DNA from: a virus
Taxonomy: Duplodnaviria > Caudoviricetes
DNA: 50,382 bases
Reading direction: 5' to 3' (one strand)
IMG/VR virus record: IMGVR_UViG_3300024996_000015
Span: 1-50,382 of that record
Below are positions 38,929-48,257 of the stretch, piece after piece. Each line of letters opens with the position of its first letter. Position 1 is the first letter of the stretch. The translations under genes were made by a program, and so were the position numbers. The notes below the pieces were generated by a model, which was given only the letters and a program-made list of their open reading frames with translations, had not been told where the DNA came from and ran no database searches.

Positions 38929-39843
38929 TTAGACACCAACACTACCATAGAGGCAGCGAGGATCACTCCAACCAAACGAGTAACGGGCCGTAGCCTTATA
39001 CTTGGCATTTTCCGTATCGAAGTCATTATCCATTTCGAACTGATCACCACGACGCTCAAAATACTTGAGGCCATCAGCAACATCAGTGACGATAGACCAT
39101 TGATCACTATCCGTGAGGTAGTGGTTAACAGTATACTCAGGGATAACACCCATCGTTTTAATAGCGTTCAGATCGTTATTGTCAGTACCAACACGGCCTT
39201 CCGAACCCAAAATACGTTTAGCTTCAAACGCATTAGCAGGAGCGATAACCAGCTTTTTAGGCTTGGCGGCGATCAGCAGACCACGATCATCACGGAAAGC
39301 TGCGATGTCGATAAAGGCTTGCTCAAGCGATGCTTCAGACAAGTCAGCAGCAGTAGTAGGCATGTTGCTCCACGAACCACCAGCGACGTTCGGGTGATCA
39401 GAAGCCAACAGAGTTTTACCGTCACCACCAGTGTAACCAGAGGTAGTCGCACGGTTAAATACGTTAGCAGCAATGATCTCTTTGGTATGCTTCATAGAAC
39501 GAGCAAGGGCATTAGCCTTACGCTTACCAACTTGATCATACTGGTCATCTTCGTAGATCTCACGAGTGATGATAAAGCCCAGAGCATACACGACATGGTT
39601 GTAACGAGTCGTGAAGCCCTGACGTTCCGTATCATAAGAGATAGGACTACCTTCAGACTTAACACCAGCAAGGCCAAACGAACTCAGGCCGACATCTTCT
39701 TCATAAGCCTTCGAGGACTTATTAATTTCAAAACCAAGAGATTTCCACTCTTCAGGGTAGTCATTATATGCTTTACCATAGATAGCATTGATACCGGGCC
39801 ACAACAGCTTGGCAAATGACGACGAGGTGATAATTCCACTCAT
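38929..39843 (-). CDS. major capsid protein (Mu gpT-like family)
   Basis: LWPGINA, SSKAYEE, ALGFIITRE, GGDGKTL, DFDTENAKYKATARYSFGWSDPR; strongly biased codons. Confidence 0.9.
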   Translation of the reverse strand: MSGIITSSSFAKLLWPGINAIYGKAYNDYPEEWKSLGFEINKSSKAYEEDVGLSSFGLAGVKSEGSPISYDTERQGFTTRYNHVVYALGFIITREIYEDDQYDQVGKRKANALARSMKHTKEIIAANVFNRATTSGYTGGDGKTLLASDHPNVAGGSWSNMPTTAADLSEASLEQAFIDIAAFRDDRGLLIAAKPKKLVIAPANAFEAKRILGSEGRVGTDNNDLNAIKTMGVIPEYTVNHYLTDSDQWSIVTDVADGLKYFERRGDQFEMDNDFDTENAKYKATARYSFGWSDPRCLYGSVGV

Positions 39844-39858
39844 TTATTATTCTCCTAA

Positions 39859-40470
39859 TTAAGCGATACCAGTATTGCCGACGCTGCGGTACTGGTGACG
39901 GTTGAAAGTTACGATCATCTTGGCAGATGCACCAACTTCATTATCAGGAGACTGTTTAAAGGACCGGACATTAAAGTTCAAAGTAGACGTAGTAGCCTTA
40001 GTGCTCATATCAATGGTAGCAGCAGAGAGTGCTGTAGTAGCATCACGCGAACCATTAGCATGACTTGCATTCAGACCCAGATCAGCAGCGACAGGGGTAG
40101 CAGCAGATGCTTCTACTTCCATAACCACGTCAGGATCTACGTTAACAAGAACATAACCAGAGCCAGAAGCTGCGATTTGTTGCGAAGTTGGGGTATCAAG
40201 AACAATACCACCAGTAGTCATCTTACCATTAGGCAAGAGCTTGGGGTTGACGATACCAACAACAACACCAACCGGGACATCGGTTGCACCACACAGATCA
40301 CAACCTGCAATACCACCAGCATCACCGGCAGAAGCAAGCTTGACAATGTCGCCAGCCAAAATCTCATCAGCAGCCGAAGCCACATAGAACAATTCAACTC
40401 GACTAGAAGCAGGGCTACCATGAGCAGCACCTACGATAGTAAAGCCTTTAATACGCGAAGTATTAGCCAT
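39859..40470 (-). CDS. capsid-associated (decoration/cement) protein
   Basis: MAN..GF, GDIVKL, VGVVVG, DPDVVME; upstream of MCP. Confidence 0.7.
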   Translation of the reverse strand: MANTSRIKGFTIVGAAHGSPASSRVELFYVASAADEILAGDIVKLASAGDAGGIAGCDLCGATDVPVGVVVGIVNPKLLPNGKMTTGGIVLDTPTSQQIAASGSGYVLVNVDPDVVMEVEASAATPVAADLGLNASHANGSRDATTALSAATIDMSTKATTSTLNFNVRSFKQSPDNEVGASAKMIVTFNRHQYRSVGNTGIA

Positions 40471-40523
40471 AAAAAACCTCCAAATAAAAATAATTGTTTG
40501 TTCCTACAAGGAGGTATTGGAAT

Positions 40524-40913
40524 TTATTCAATTTTTAGTTTTCCATAAAAACCGGAGTCCTTAGCATCTTTCTTCATAGTAGCTTCAAGCTCGTCGTTAC
40601 GAGCATTCTTGGCTTTCTGGTCTTCATCAAAGAACTCTTGCTTTTGTCGCATGACATAGGCTTGAACTCCTTGACCAACAGATACTTTAACAGGACTACC
40701 TTCTTGTGTAGGGTTTGCAATACGCTTGTCACCAACTGTAACACCTTTGTCGGTAACAATTTCATAACCCATCTCTTGTAGAGATTGGATTCGATCATCA
40801 ACATCATTGACGATCCGATATACATAGCCCTCTTCTTGGCCTCGCACATTCAAACGGTTACGTGTGCCGTTAATTGGAGTGCGTCGTGTTCTTGTAGTTT
40901 CAGGTTTAGCCAT
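40524..40913 (-). CDS. conserved head-module protein
   Basis: GYVYRIVND..RI..GYEIV. Confidence 0.65.
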   Translation of the reverse strand: MAKPETTRTRRTPINGTRNRLNVRGQEEGYVYRIVNDVDDRIQSLQEMGYEIVTDKGVTVGDKRIANPTQEGSPVKVSVGQGVQAYVMRQKQEFFDEDQKAKNARNDELEATMKKDAKDSGFYGKLKIE

Positions 40914-40914
40914 C

Positions 40915-41361
40915 TTAGTTAGCCCCTCTCATTGCCTTAACTTCTTTGTTTAGATATTTCTTTGCGTTCTCTAAAAGAACTTCACTGTCCCTAAGTAATC
41001 CTAAAGCCATATTACATCTTTTACAGAGTAGTCCTCGTACTTTTCCTGTAATATGGTCATGGTCTACTGATAAATTACAAATTAGATTTGTTTTTCTATG
41101 TACATGAGTTTCAGGAGATTTACATATTGCGCAAACTCCTTGTTGTTCCTCAAATAGTTTAATGTACTCTTTTTCAGAAATACCATAAATTTTTTGTAGT
41201 TGATAATTTCTATCTAATTGTCTATCTCTACTTCTTAAATAAGAAGCTTTATTTACGCAATTACTTGAACAATATTTATGTTGATACCAAGTAGGAGAAA
41301 ATAAAGTAGAACATACTGGACAAGTTCTATTCTCTAATTGTTTCTTTTGTTTCTTAGGCAT
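40915..41361 (-). mobile_element. endonuclease VII-type HNH endonuclease fused to old scaffold C-terminus
   Basis: CPVC..KYCS..C, QQGVCAICK, LSVDHDHITGKVRGLLCKRCNMALG; ends KEVKAMRGAN*. Confidence 0.88.
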
Positions 41362-41363
41362 AT

Positions 41364-42194
41364 TTAAGAAGACCGCATTCTTTTAACCTCAGAAATGTAT
41401 TCTTCCTTAGTCATAACACCATTGCGTACAAAGGTATTCATAACTCTGGCTTCCTCTTCTGTTAGAGTAAAATTGTCTCTTGACGAACCTTGTCTATTAC
41501 CACTTCCGCTCTCAACTCCAGTAGGTTTATTCCTATTAGGGTTAGTAAACTTTTCTGGATATGCCTTTTTAATTTTTTTAGTTACATATTCGAGAACTTC
41601 TTGTGGTGTTTTATCTGTATTGTTACGAGCATACGCTTCACCAAAGGCGTCTGCATCTGCTCTCATTTCACTGTCTGATTCATACCACTTATTATCTGAT
41701 ACCCAAGATTGAAAAGCTGGATGTGATTCAGGAGTATCATCGACTTGCTCTTGTTGTTTCTGGGCTTTTTGTGTCTCCCGTACTTCAGCAATTTTATCGT
41801 CTAATTCTAGAATCTTATCTACATCACCACTTTCGTAGGCTTGTTTCTTTTGCTGCTTAAGAAATTCAACTGCCTTTTTGAATTCTGTTTCTTTGACTTT
41901 AGCATGATGCTCTTTAAGCATTGCAATAGTCTTATCAGAATCCTTTAGTTTCTTACCTAGTTGCTCAATGCGGTCAATCAGTTCGCCTTTAGCCACAAAG
42001 GTCTCTGCGCTGACCCATTTAGAACTGTCCCCTTCAAACTCTTCTTTTGGTTTCCAGCCTTGCTCACGAGCACGATCTTCAATTGTAGAAGAGCTAGATT
42101 GTTCACCACCTTTCTCAAGTTGTTCAGTTTGTTCTCCGGGAATAGTCTCACCGGGAACCATCGTACCTGCATTCTGTTGATTTTCTTCAGCCAT
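41364..42194 (-). CDS. capsid scaffolding protein
   Basis: AREQGWKPKEEF, coiled coil, W..DNKWY, acidic; between portal and MCP. Confidence 0.8.
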   Translation of the reverse strand: MAEENQQNAGTMVPGETIPGEQTEQLEKGGEQSSSSTIEDRAREQGWKPKEEFEGDSSKWVSAETFVAKGELIDRIEQLGKKLKDSDKTIAMLKEHHAKVKETEFKKAVEFLKQQKKQAYESGDVDKILELDDKIAEVRETQKAQKQQEQVDDTPESHPAFQSWVSDNKWYESDSEMRADADAFGEAYARNNTDKTPQEVLEYVTKKIKKAYPEKFTNPNRNKPTGVESGSGNRQGSSRDNFTLTEEEARVMNTFVRNGVMTKEEYISEVKRMRSS

Positions 42195-42196
42195 CT

Positions 42197-42517
42197 TTAG
42201 GCATCCTCTTCTGTAATTACTGCTAAAATATCTACATCATTTAAAATAAGGTACTTGATACCCTTATGTTCTATAGTCTTGCCTGCGTACTTCGCAAAAG
42301 AAACTAAATCTCCTTCTGAAAGAATAGAAGCATCTCTACCATAGTCTTTAAAACAGGTAGGACCAATTGAGATCACTGTGCCTAATTCAACGGCAGCCTG
42401 TTCACGCTTATCTAGTTCAATATGGATTCCAGCAGCTTTCGCTCTTTTAATAAGTTCATCTGCCTCTTCTACTTTACTAGGTAAAACTAATACTGTATGT
42501 AGCAATAATTTAATCAC
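42197..42517 (-). CDS. GroES-like co-chaperonin
   Basis: IK.L.HTVLV, GIHI, GTVISIGP, GDLVSFAKYAG, YLILNDVDILA. Confidence 0.85.
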   Translation of the reverse strand: MIKLLLHTVLVLPSKVEEADELIKRAKAAGIHIELDKREQAAVELGTVISIGPTCFKDYGRDASILSEGDLVSFAKYAGKTIEHKGIKYLILNDVDILAVITEEDA

Positions 42518-42947
42518 TTGATTCAAATTCCTCTAAGTATTTTACTGCATTTCTTAGCAGTATTACGTTATCTTTCATATGGCCTATGCCTATATTGCAA
42601 TGGTTACACAATAGACCTCTTACTCTACCTGTAGTATGGCAATGATCTACTCTTGCTACATCTAGTGACGCTGCTTTATTATTAGAATAAAGTTCTAAAT
42701 GTTTGCCACAAATAGCGCAAGATCCTTTTTGCTCTGAATATAGTTGCTCAAGCTGTTGTAAAGAAATTCCATAGTTTTGCTTTATACTGCGTTCTCTATT
42801 TTTTTCAGGATTTGCTTTATAATAAGCATCTCTAACAGCATTTAAACACTTCTTACAAGAGGCAGTAAAACCATCCTTAGTTCCTTTATTCTTTCTAAAG
42901 AGAGTTAGTTCTTTTGTCTCTTTACAAGAATAACAAACTTTAGTCAT
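42510..42947 (-). mobile_element. endonuclease VII-type HNH homing endonuclease
   Basis: CYSCKETK..F...CKKC, QKGSCAICG, VDHCHTTGRVRGLLCNHCNIGIG. Confidence 0.88.
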
Positions 42948-43153
42948 TCGTCAATGTCCTCAACTGTAATTTGCAGCATTTCTGCGTATGCCTTAATCAT
43001 GCCTCGTACATAGCTATCAAAGATTGGATCGAGACCAGCCTGCCCTGCTAGGGTGTTCTTGCCGTCTTCAATTCGCATTTCACACGCTTCAAAGACTGCT
43101 TGTGTAATTGGCTCTGATTTCCAGAGGTAGAAGTCATCTTTTGAAATACTCAT
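42944..43153 (-). CDS. conserved small head-module protein
   Basis: FYLWKSEPIT..., typical portal-adjacent ORF; GGAG SD. Confidence 0.65.
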   Translation of the reverse strand: MSISKDDFYLWKSEPITQAVFEACEMRIEDGKNTLAGQAGLDPIFDSYVRGMIKAYAEMLQITVEDIDE

Positions 43154-43641
43154 TATAATATCTCCATTATAAACTTGTTGCTCTTTCGGGCATTTTCACT
43201 TTTACTGAGTAATTGTAAATTATCCCAAACGTGTAATCCACATACATCTGGATGCTGTAAAGGAATAATATGATCTACTTCTAAACCAAAATATTGTGCC
43301 TCTTTATATACAGCTAATATATCACTTGTGTTAGCCCAAACAGGCTGTGCGCGCCGCACCTTTCTTCTTCTTAGTGAAAAGTAAGAGGCTAATTTAGGCT
43401 TATTTGCCTGTCTATATGAGTAACAAATCTTCTTGTACTGCTCTTGGTTATTCTCCAACCATTTCTTTTGAGAAAACCTAACTTTTTCTTTATTCGTTTT
43501 TGCCCATTGTTTTTTGTACTTAGAAATAGATTCTTTCAAGTCTATTGCTCTACATTTTGGACTACAGTATTGTTGATTAGGGCGAAACTTACTTAAAATA
43601 AAAGTTGTACAGCAGAATTTACATTTCTCCTGCTTGCTCAC
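43153..43641 (-). mobile_element. HNH homing endonuclease
   Basis: QPVWAN, EVDHIIPL..VCGLHVWDNLQLLSKSENARKSN; GTGA overlap with portal stop. Confidence 0.88.
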
Positions 43642-45641
43642 TTAGTTTCTTTACCTTTCTTAGTAGGTTGTTGTTTCATCTTTTGTGCATGAGACTCTGC
43701 GTTTTGTTGCATTGCTTGCCCATGCTTTTGTGCTGCTGTTGATGCTTGGATCATTCCTTCAAGTTCTTTGAATTTTAGATCCAGTTCTTTTGCTGCGGCA
43801 GTTAGTCTAGCTTTATCTTCTTCCGCTGCATTCTTAATTTGTGCTTGGGCATCTGCTAACATCATCTTGTGTTGGCCTTGTGCCTGTGAGAGATCCATCT
43901 TTTGTTGCATCTCTTGCATCTTCATTCCGTGTGCTTCTTGCTGCATCTGTCCTTGTTGCTGCATTAACTGGGCCTTTGGATCAGGTTGCTGTTGTGGTTG
44001 CTGAATAACGAACTGCTGTGCATTAGGAATCTCAAAAGCCTCTAGAAGATATGCAGTAACTTGCATAGGATCTAGTGTACCAAGAGACATAAGTTGCATA
44101 AGGTTTTGTGCCTTGGTCAACTTCTCCTGTGCCATTGTAGCCTGTGGATCAGCAGCAGGTACAATATCATTCTCAGGGCCAGCATAATCACTTTGTTCAA
44201 TCTGCTCGTCGATAACCTCAATATATTGCTGTGGATTGAGATAACGATAATTCAGTTTGTAAAGTTTACGATACTCTTTAGTAAGGGCACGGAAGATACG
44301 CTTATAAACAGCCGTAAACACCTTCATGCCCTGCTCAATAGTCGCCATAGTGGTCGTAGCGGGCGTATTCTGTCCCGGCATTTTACCTACAAAGATCTCA
44401 GCTACAGAGGCCAGTTCTTTACCTGATTGAAGGAGGAACTGAAGTAGATTCATTAGAACTGGACTAGGTTCTTTGGTAGGAAGTGGGAAGATCTGTTTCT
44501 TAATATCATCCCCAGTAGCATTTACTGCTTTCCATTCTCCCGGAGTAAAGGTATTCTCCCCCATTCTAATACGAAGACCCTTACCGATGAAGCCACTCTG
44601 TAGGTTATTTAGAGTACCAGCATCAATCAGTTGGTTTACAAGAGTATCAGCACTCGCGTTAATGGAGCCAAGCAGGCGACCAAAGCCGATGTCATAGAAA
44701 CCCCCATCTGGGTTAGGTACAAAGCTAAACTTAGTGTAGTGTTCAAAAGGAGTAATCTTGACAACCTTTTGTTTGTCATCCATAACCACGTCATCGCTTT
44801 GATATCGTGGAGTGATGCGGAGAACTTCTTTACTTTGCTTCTCAATAAGGATAACATATGGTTCTGCATAACCATCTTCATCTAGATCAAGGAATCCATG
44901 CTGTTCCAATAGTATATATGGAGTTGTTTCATCTTGATCTGGGTTTACAAACCCTTGTCTATCCTGCCTTTGCTCATCAGTGCTGTCAATTACTGGATCA
45001 GGTAGCTTACAATCCCTATAAATCCCTTGTAGTTGGCGTTCTTTTAGTTTCCGTTTGGAAATGGGGATGATTTCTGTCTTACGTTCAGCTTCTTCTAGGC
45101 TTTTTGCCCAGTAATTCACTACTAAATCAGTAGGAAAGACTAGTTTAGAGCAATTACGTTGAAGAGAACTATCCCAATAGGTCTTTTTGAAGGCTGTTCC
45201 AGTGATAGGAAGGACTAAAAGTAGTCTATCCATATCCTCTTCCCAGTCTTCCATCTCCTCAGTCACCTGATAAGACATATGGACACTAACTCTACGCGCT
45301 CTTTCGGCTTTCAACCCTTGCGGATCTGCCCCAATAGCGCGGCATTTGACCACTTTGTTGTCCGCAGGAACAAGAGAGGGATACGCACGAGCATTAAACT
45401 GCATTGCAGCAGTGGAGAGAAGAGGATACTTTACATTAGAAGCACCTTTCCAAGGAAATGTCTTCTCGTCTACAATTTGTAAAGCTAGTTTAGTCCATTT
45501 CTCAAGATCTTTTTCCCAAACAGAACGGGATTTAAGATCAGATTCATAACCATCAAAGACAGTTGTACCGATCTTCTTTAGATCTTCTTCTTTTAGATCG
45601 TCTGCAATATTGTTAGAATCAATTAGATTAGTTAGTTTCAT
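43638..45641 (-). CDS. portal protein
   Basis: PWKGASNV.YPLL, GTAFKKTY, GGFYDIGFG, NQLIDAGTL, Q-rich barrel tail; follows TerL. Confidence 0.9.
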   Translation of the reverse strand: MKLTNLIDSNNIADDLKEEDLKKIGTTVFDGYESDLKSRSVWEKDLEKWTKLALQIVDEKTFPWKGASNVKYPLLSTAAMQFNARAYPSLVPADNKVVKCRAIGADPQGLKAERARRVSVHMSYQVTEEMEDWEEDMDRLLLVLPITGTAFKKTYWDSSLQRNCSKLVFPTDLVVNYWAKSLEEAERKTEIIPISKRKLKERQLQGIYRDCKLPDPVIDSTDEQRQDRQGFVNPDQDETTPYILLEQHGFLDLDEDGYAEPYVILIEKQSKEVLRITPRYQSDDVVMDDKQKVVKITPFEHYTKFSFVPNPDGGFYDIGFGRLLGSINASADTLVNQLIDAGTLNNLQSGFIGKGLRIRMGENTFTPGEWKAVNATGDDIKKQIFPLPTKEPSPVLMNLLQFLLQSGKELASVAEIFVGKMPGQNTPATTTMATIEQGMKVFTAVYKRIFRALTKEYRKLYKLNYRYLNPQQYIEVIDEQIEQSDYAGPENDIVPAADPQATMAQEKLTKAQNLMQLMSLGTLDPMQVTAYLLEAFEIPNAQQFVIQQPQQQPDPKAQLMQQQGQMQQEAHGMKMQEMQQKMDLSQAQGQHKMMLADAQAQIKNAAEEDKARLTAAAKELDLKFKELEGMIQASTAAQKHGQAMQQNAESHAQKMKQQPTKKGKETK

Positions 45642-47170
45642 CAGTATCCCGTCACGGCGGAGCGGCCTTGGTGGCGATCTCCTGTTTCATTCAATTCTTC
45701 TTGATATCTTTCTTCTTCAGCTTCCTCTTCAGTAGGAGCTTCAATGATCTTATCAATCAAAAGACCAAGGTAGGAAAGAGCATCTACTTGGTCATCATGT
45801 CTCCCTCGTGGGAAGTTTAGAGCCTCGTCTTCTAGATCTTGATACCAATCAGCACCTTTATCAAACTTAACCCCTCCAGCTCGCATACGAGCACGTATGC
45901 TCTGTGCTCTACTGAGTTTATCTGTCTTATGTGGTTTCATCATTACTAGATTGATGAAGGTGTTACTCTCAATCATTGCTCTATTGATATAGGGACCAAG
46001 GGATTTACTCACTTGCATCTCTTCAATACCAAAGGCAATTGGGTTGTAAACCTTTTGAAGACCAATCATTGTGTTGACAATCTCTTCACCATCCATCCGT
46101 GCTCGAATTACGTTACGGATGTGTAGAATCCCGGCTTCGTCCATTCCCCCGACTTTGAATACTGTGTAGTCAGCTCTATCCTTGTCGGAGATAGCAAAGT
46201 CACCAGTAATGTAATAGTTAAGAAGCTTCTTTTTATCCTCTGCTGTTTCGGGGAGAAAATCAGACCGTTTAAAGAACGCAGTACTCTCATCAATTGGAAT
46301 GTTAAGAAACTCCTGAGAATACTTATCTGATAGACCACGTTGCGCATATTCATCCTTAACCTGTTTAAGTTTATCTTTATCCCATCTATCAGGCCATAGG
46401 ATGTGTTTGAAATCATCGCTATGCGCTCTGTATTTAACACTATGCCAGAACCCCGCATACTTCTCTTTGTACATCTTAAGAGGTTCTTCAACAACATAGA
46501 TACCTCCCTGCTTTGGCATAAGCTGTTCAAGCATACTGTCTTGGTGGAGAATGGTTCCTACGTAGCGGATAATACCATTCTCAGACAGAGCAGGGATAAG
46601 AGCACCGTAGAACCAACGACGGAACTTATCTCTCCGCTCTTTATTCATTACCTGCTCATCGCTCTCCATATCATCAAGAACCATAATGTCAGGACGTTTA
46701 CCATTCCAGAGTAGACCCCGAAGTTTCTGCTCCGAGCCTTTAGCAATGATACGGAACTTGTGCCCATCTTCTGTTGCTACGATAATGTCTGTCTCTGTTT
46801 CCTTTTCAAACTCAACGATACCTTTCTCGTTACGCTTGATGTGGAACAGGTTAATAATATCTTCGTTCTCTTGAAGAGTCTGCTTAATCTGTCCAAGGAA
46901 CATACTGGCTTGGAATTCAGAGTCAGATACAATGACGCCGAATGAGCGTTCTCTAAATAGGAAGGCAGCTAATGTATAAGAGAGTGTAATGCTAGTAGAT
47001 TTAGCATGTCCACGGGGGGCAGCAATAGCAACATACCTAGCATCAGAGCAACACAGTTCCCACATCTCTTCATGGAAGGGTGGAATAGCCTTAGAACCGT
47101 CGAACCCTTTCACCAAACAGCTCCCCACAAGTCCTTTAACCAAATCTTTTGTGAGTAGCTTATCTGCCAT
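45641..47170 (-). CDS. terminase large subunit
   Basis: APRGHAKS (Walker A), LRG..RPD.MVLDDME, YVGTILH, GDFA, FPRGRHDDQVDA. Confidence 0.93.
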   Translation of the reverse strand: MADKLLTKDLVKGLVGSCLVKGFDGSKAIPPFHEEMWELCCSDARYVAIAAPRGHAKSTSITLSYTLAAFLFRERSFGVIVSDSEFQASMFLGQIKQTLQENEDIINLFHIKRNEKGIVEFEKETETDIIVATEDGHKFRIIAKGSEQKLRGLLWNGKRPDIMVLDDMESDEQVMNKERRDKFRRWFYGALIPALSENGIIRYVGTILHQDSMLEQLMPKQGGIYVVEEPLKMYKEKYAGFWHSVKYRAHSDDFKHILWPDRWDKDKLKQVKDEYAQRGLSDKYSQEFLNIPIDESTAFFKRSDFLPETAEDKKKLLNYYITGDFAISDKDRADYTVFKVGGMDEAGILHIRNVIRARMDGEEIVNTMIGLQKVYNPIAFGIEEMQVSKSLGPYINRAMIESNTFINLVMMKPHKTDKLSRAQSIRARMRAGGVKFDKGADWYQDLEDEALNFPRGRHDDQVDALSYLGLLIDKIIEAPTEEEAEEERYQEELNETGDRHQGRSAVTGY

Positions 47171-47172
47171 TC

Positions 47173-47472
47173 TTATCTACCTCTTTTAAACATCTTGGCG
47201 AGTCCGCCATTGGCTATTGGTTTCTGCTTTCGCTTTGCTTCTTTCTCAAGGTTAGTCTTTGCAGACACAACCCGAACATTACTCTTATCTTTAGATCCAC
47301 CAGAAACAAGTTCTTTCTTATGGTCTGCCTGTCTGGGGTCTCCTACCTTAAGTCCTGCCTCAGATCTAGCTTTGTTCCTCGCAGCACGATCCTTGACACG
47401 AGTAGGTTTCTTTTTCTTTTCCCAAGCCAGTTCACGGTCGTACTGGCGGACGCCGTTCTTCTGAAAAGGCAT
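47173..47472 (-). CDS. short HNH-fold protein upstream of TerL
   Basis: ADHKKEL..GGS..SNVRVVS..TN; lacks an extra DNA-binding domain. Confidence 0.65.
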   Translation of the reverse strand: MPFQKNGVRQYDRELAWEKKKKPTRVKDRAARNKARSEAGLKVGDPRQADHKKELVSGGSKDKSNVRVVSAKTNLEKEAKRKQKPIANGGLAKMFKRGR

Positions 47473-47636
47473 TATTTAATCTTAGCTACAGCAGCATCAT
47501 AAGCTGATTTAAGAGCAGCTAGTTTAGCTTCATACTCTTTCTTAAGAACGCCAGATTTGTAATCTTTGTATAACGAAGTGCCAATCATTGTGAAAATAAA
47601 GACTGCACCAGCTAGAATAATCAATTCACCAACCAT
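47472..47636 (-). CDS. 54 aa membrane-anchored coiled-coil protein (not in ORF track)
   Basis: MVGELIILAGAVFIFTMIG TM followed by helical KEYEAKLAALK; AAGGA SD. Confidence 0.55.
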   Translation of the reverse strand: MVGELIILAGAVFIFTMIGTSLYKDYKSGVLKKEYEAKLAALKSAYDAAVAKIK

Positions 47637-48257
47637 TTACGTTTCCTTTTCAAAAGTTATTTCTTGTCCAAGTTGTTCAAAGACTTCTTCAGCCTCTCCT
47701 TCAACAACTGTTTTTACATCATCAACATCTTTATGCTCTTTACCAGTAGCAAACTTTGAGAACTCACGAGCAAGCATTACAAGATGATCTGCGGTAATGG
47801 CTTGCTTCTGTTCTTCCTTGCCCTTCTGCACTTTGGCAAGAAGGGTCTTCTTATCAATCATATCACCAGCTACTTTCTGTACGTCGCGTAGCTTGGCAGG
47901 GACTCGTCTGATCTCCCCCGTCCGGGGGTCATACATATACTCCCCATTCTCAATACGATCTACAACAGCATCCAGAGCCTTGTCCATCACTTTTGTAAGT
48001 TTGGCATCAAGCTGAATGTTCTCACTATCCTTGATCTCCTGCATCTTCTCCTTCCACCAGTCCTGCTTACGCCAAGTGTTGATGGTCTGTTCTGGGATCT
48101 TTGTGATAGCTGCTGTATATGCCTGACTACCTGTGGCAAGGAAGGTGGTAAGGGCTTTCATACGATAGCTCTCCGGCCACGTACCTCTTTCCCCCGTCCC
48201 TGTCTTTGGGTCAAATGCTTTTGTCTTCTTGTTGCGAATATAAACGAGTCTTCCCGT
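47637..48257 (-). CDS. putative terminase small subunit (probable ACG start)
   Basis: HTH-like ATGS..IPEQTINTWRKQDWW; frame open 32 codons upstream of ATG 48161 to an ACG with AAGGA SD. Confidence 0.65.
   Translation of the reverse strand, partial: TGRLVYIRNKKTKAFDPKTGTGERGTWPESYRMKALTTFLATGSQAYTAAITKIPEQTINTWRKQDWWKEKMQEIKDSENIQLDAKLTKVMDKALDAVVDRIENGEYMYDPRTGEIRRVPAKLRDVQKVAGDMIDKKTLLAKVQKGKEEQKQAITADHLVMLAREFSKFATGKEHKDVDDVKTVVEGEAEEVFEQLGQEITFEKET

Noticed and set aside
39100-40548. Long antisense ORFs (239 aa, 217 aa) opposite capsid genes, and similar ones opposite other structural genes
   Set aside because: Shadow ORFs produced by biased codon usage on the coding strand; no SD or motifs
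42661-42672. Third copy of TCTAGTGACGCT
   Set aside because: Lies within HNH coding sequence and lacks the 5' stem arm; probably chance
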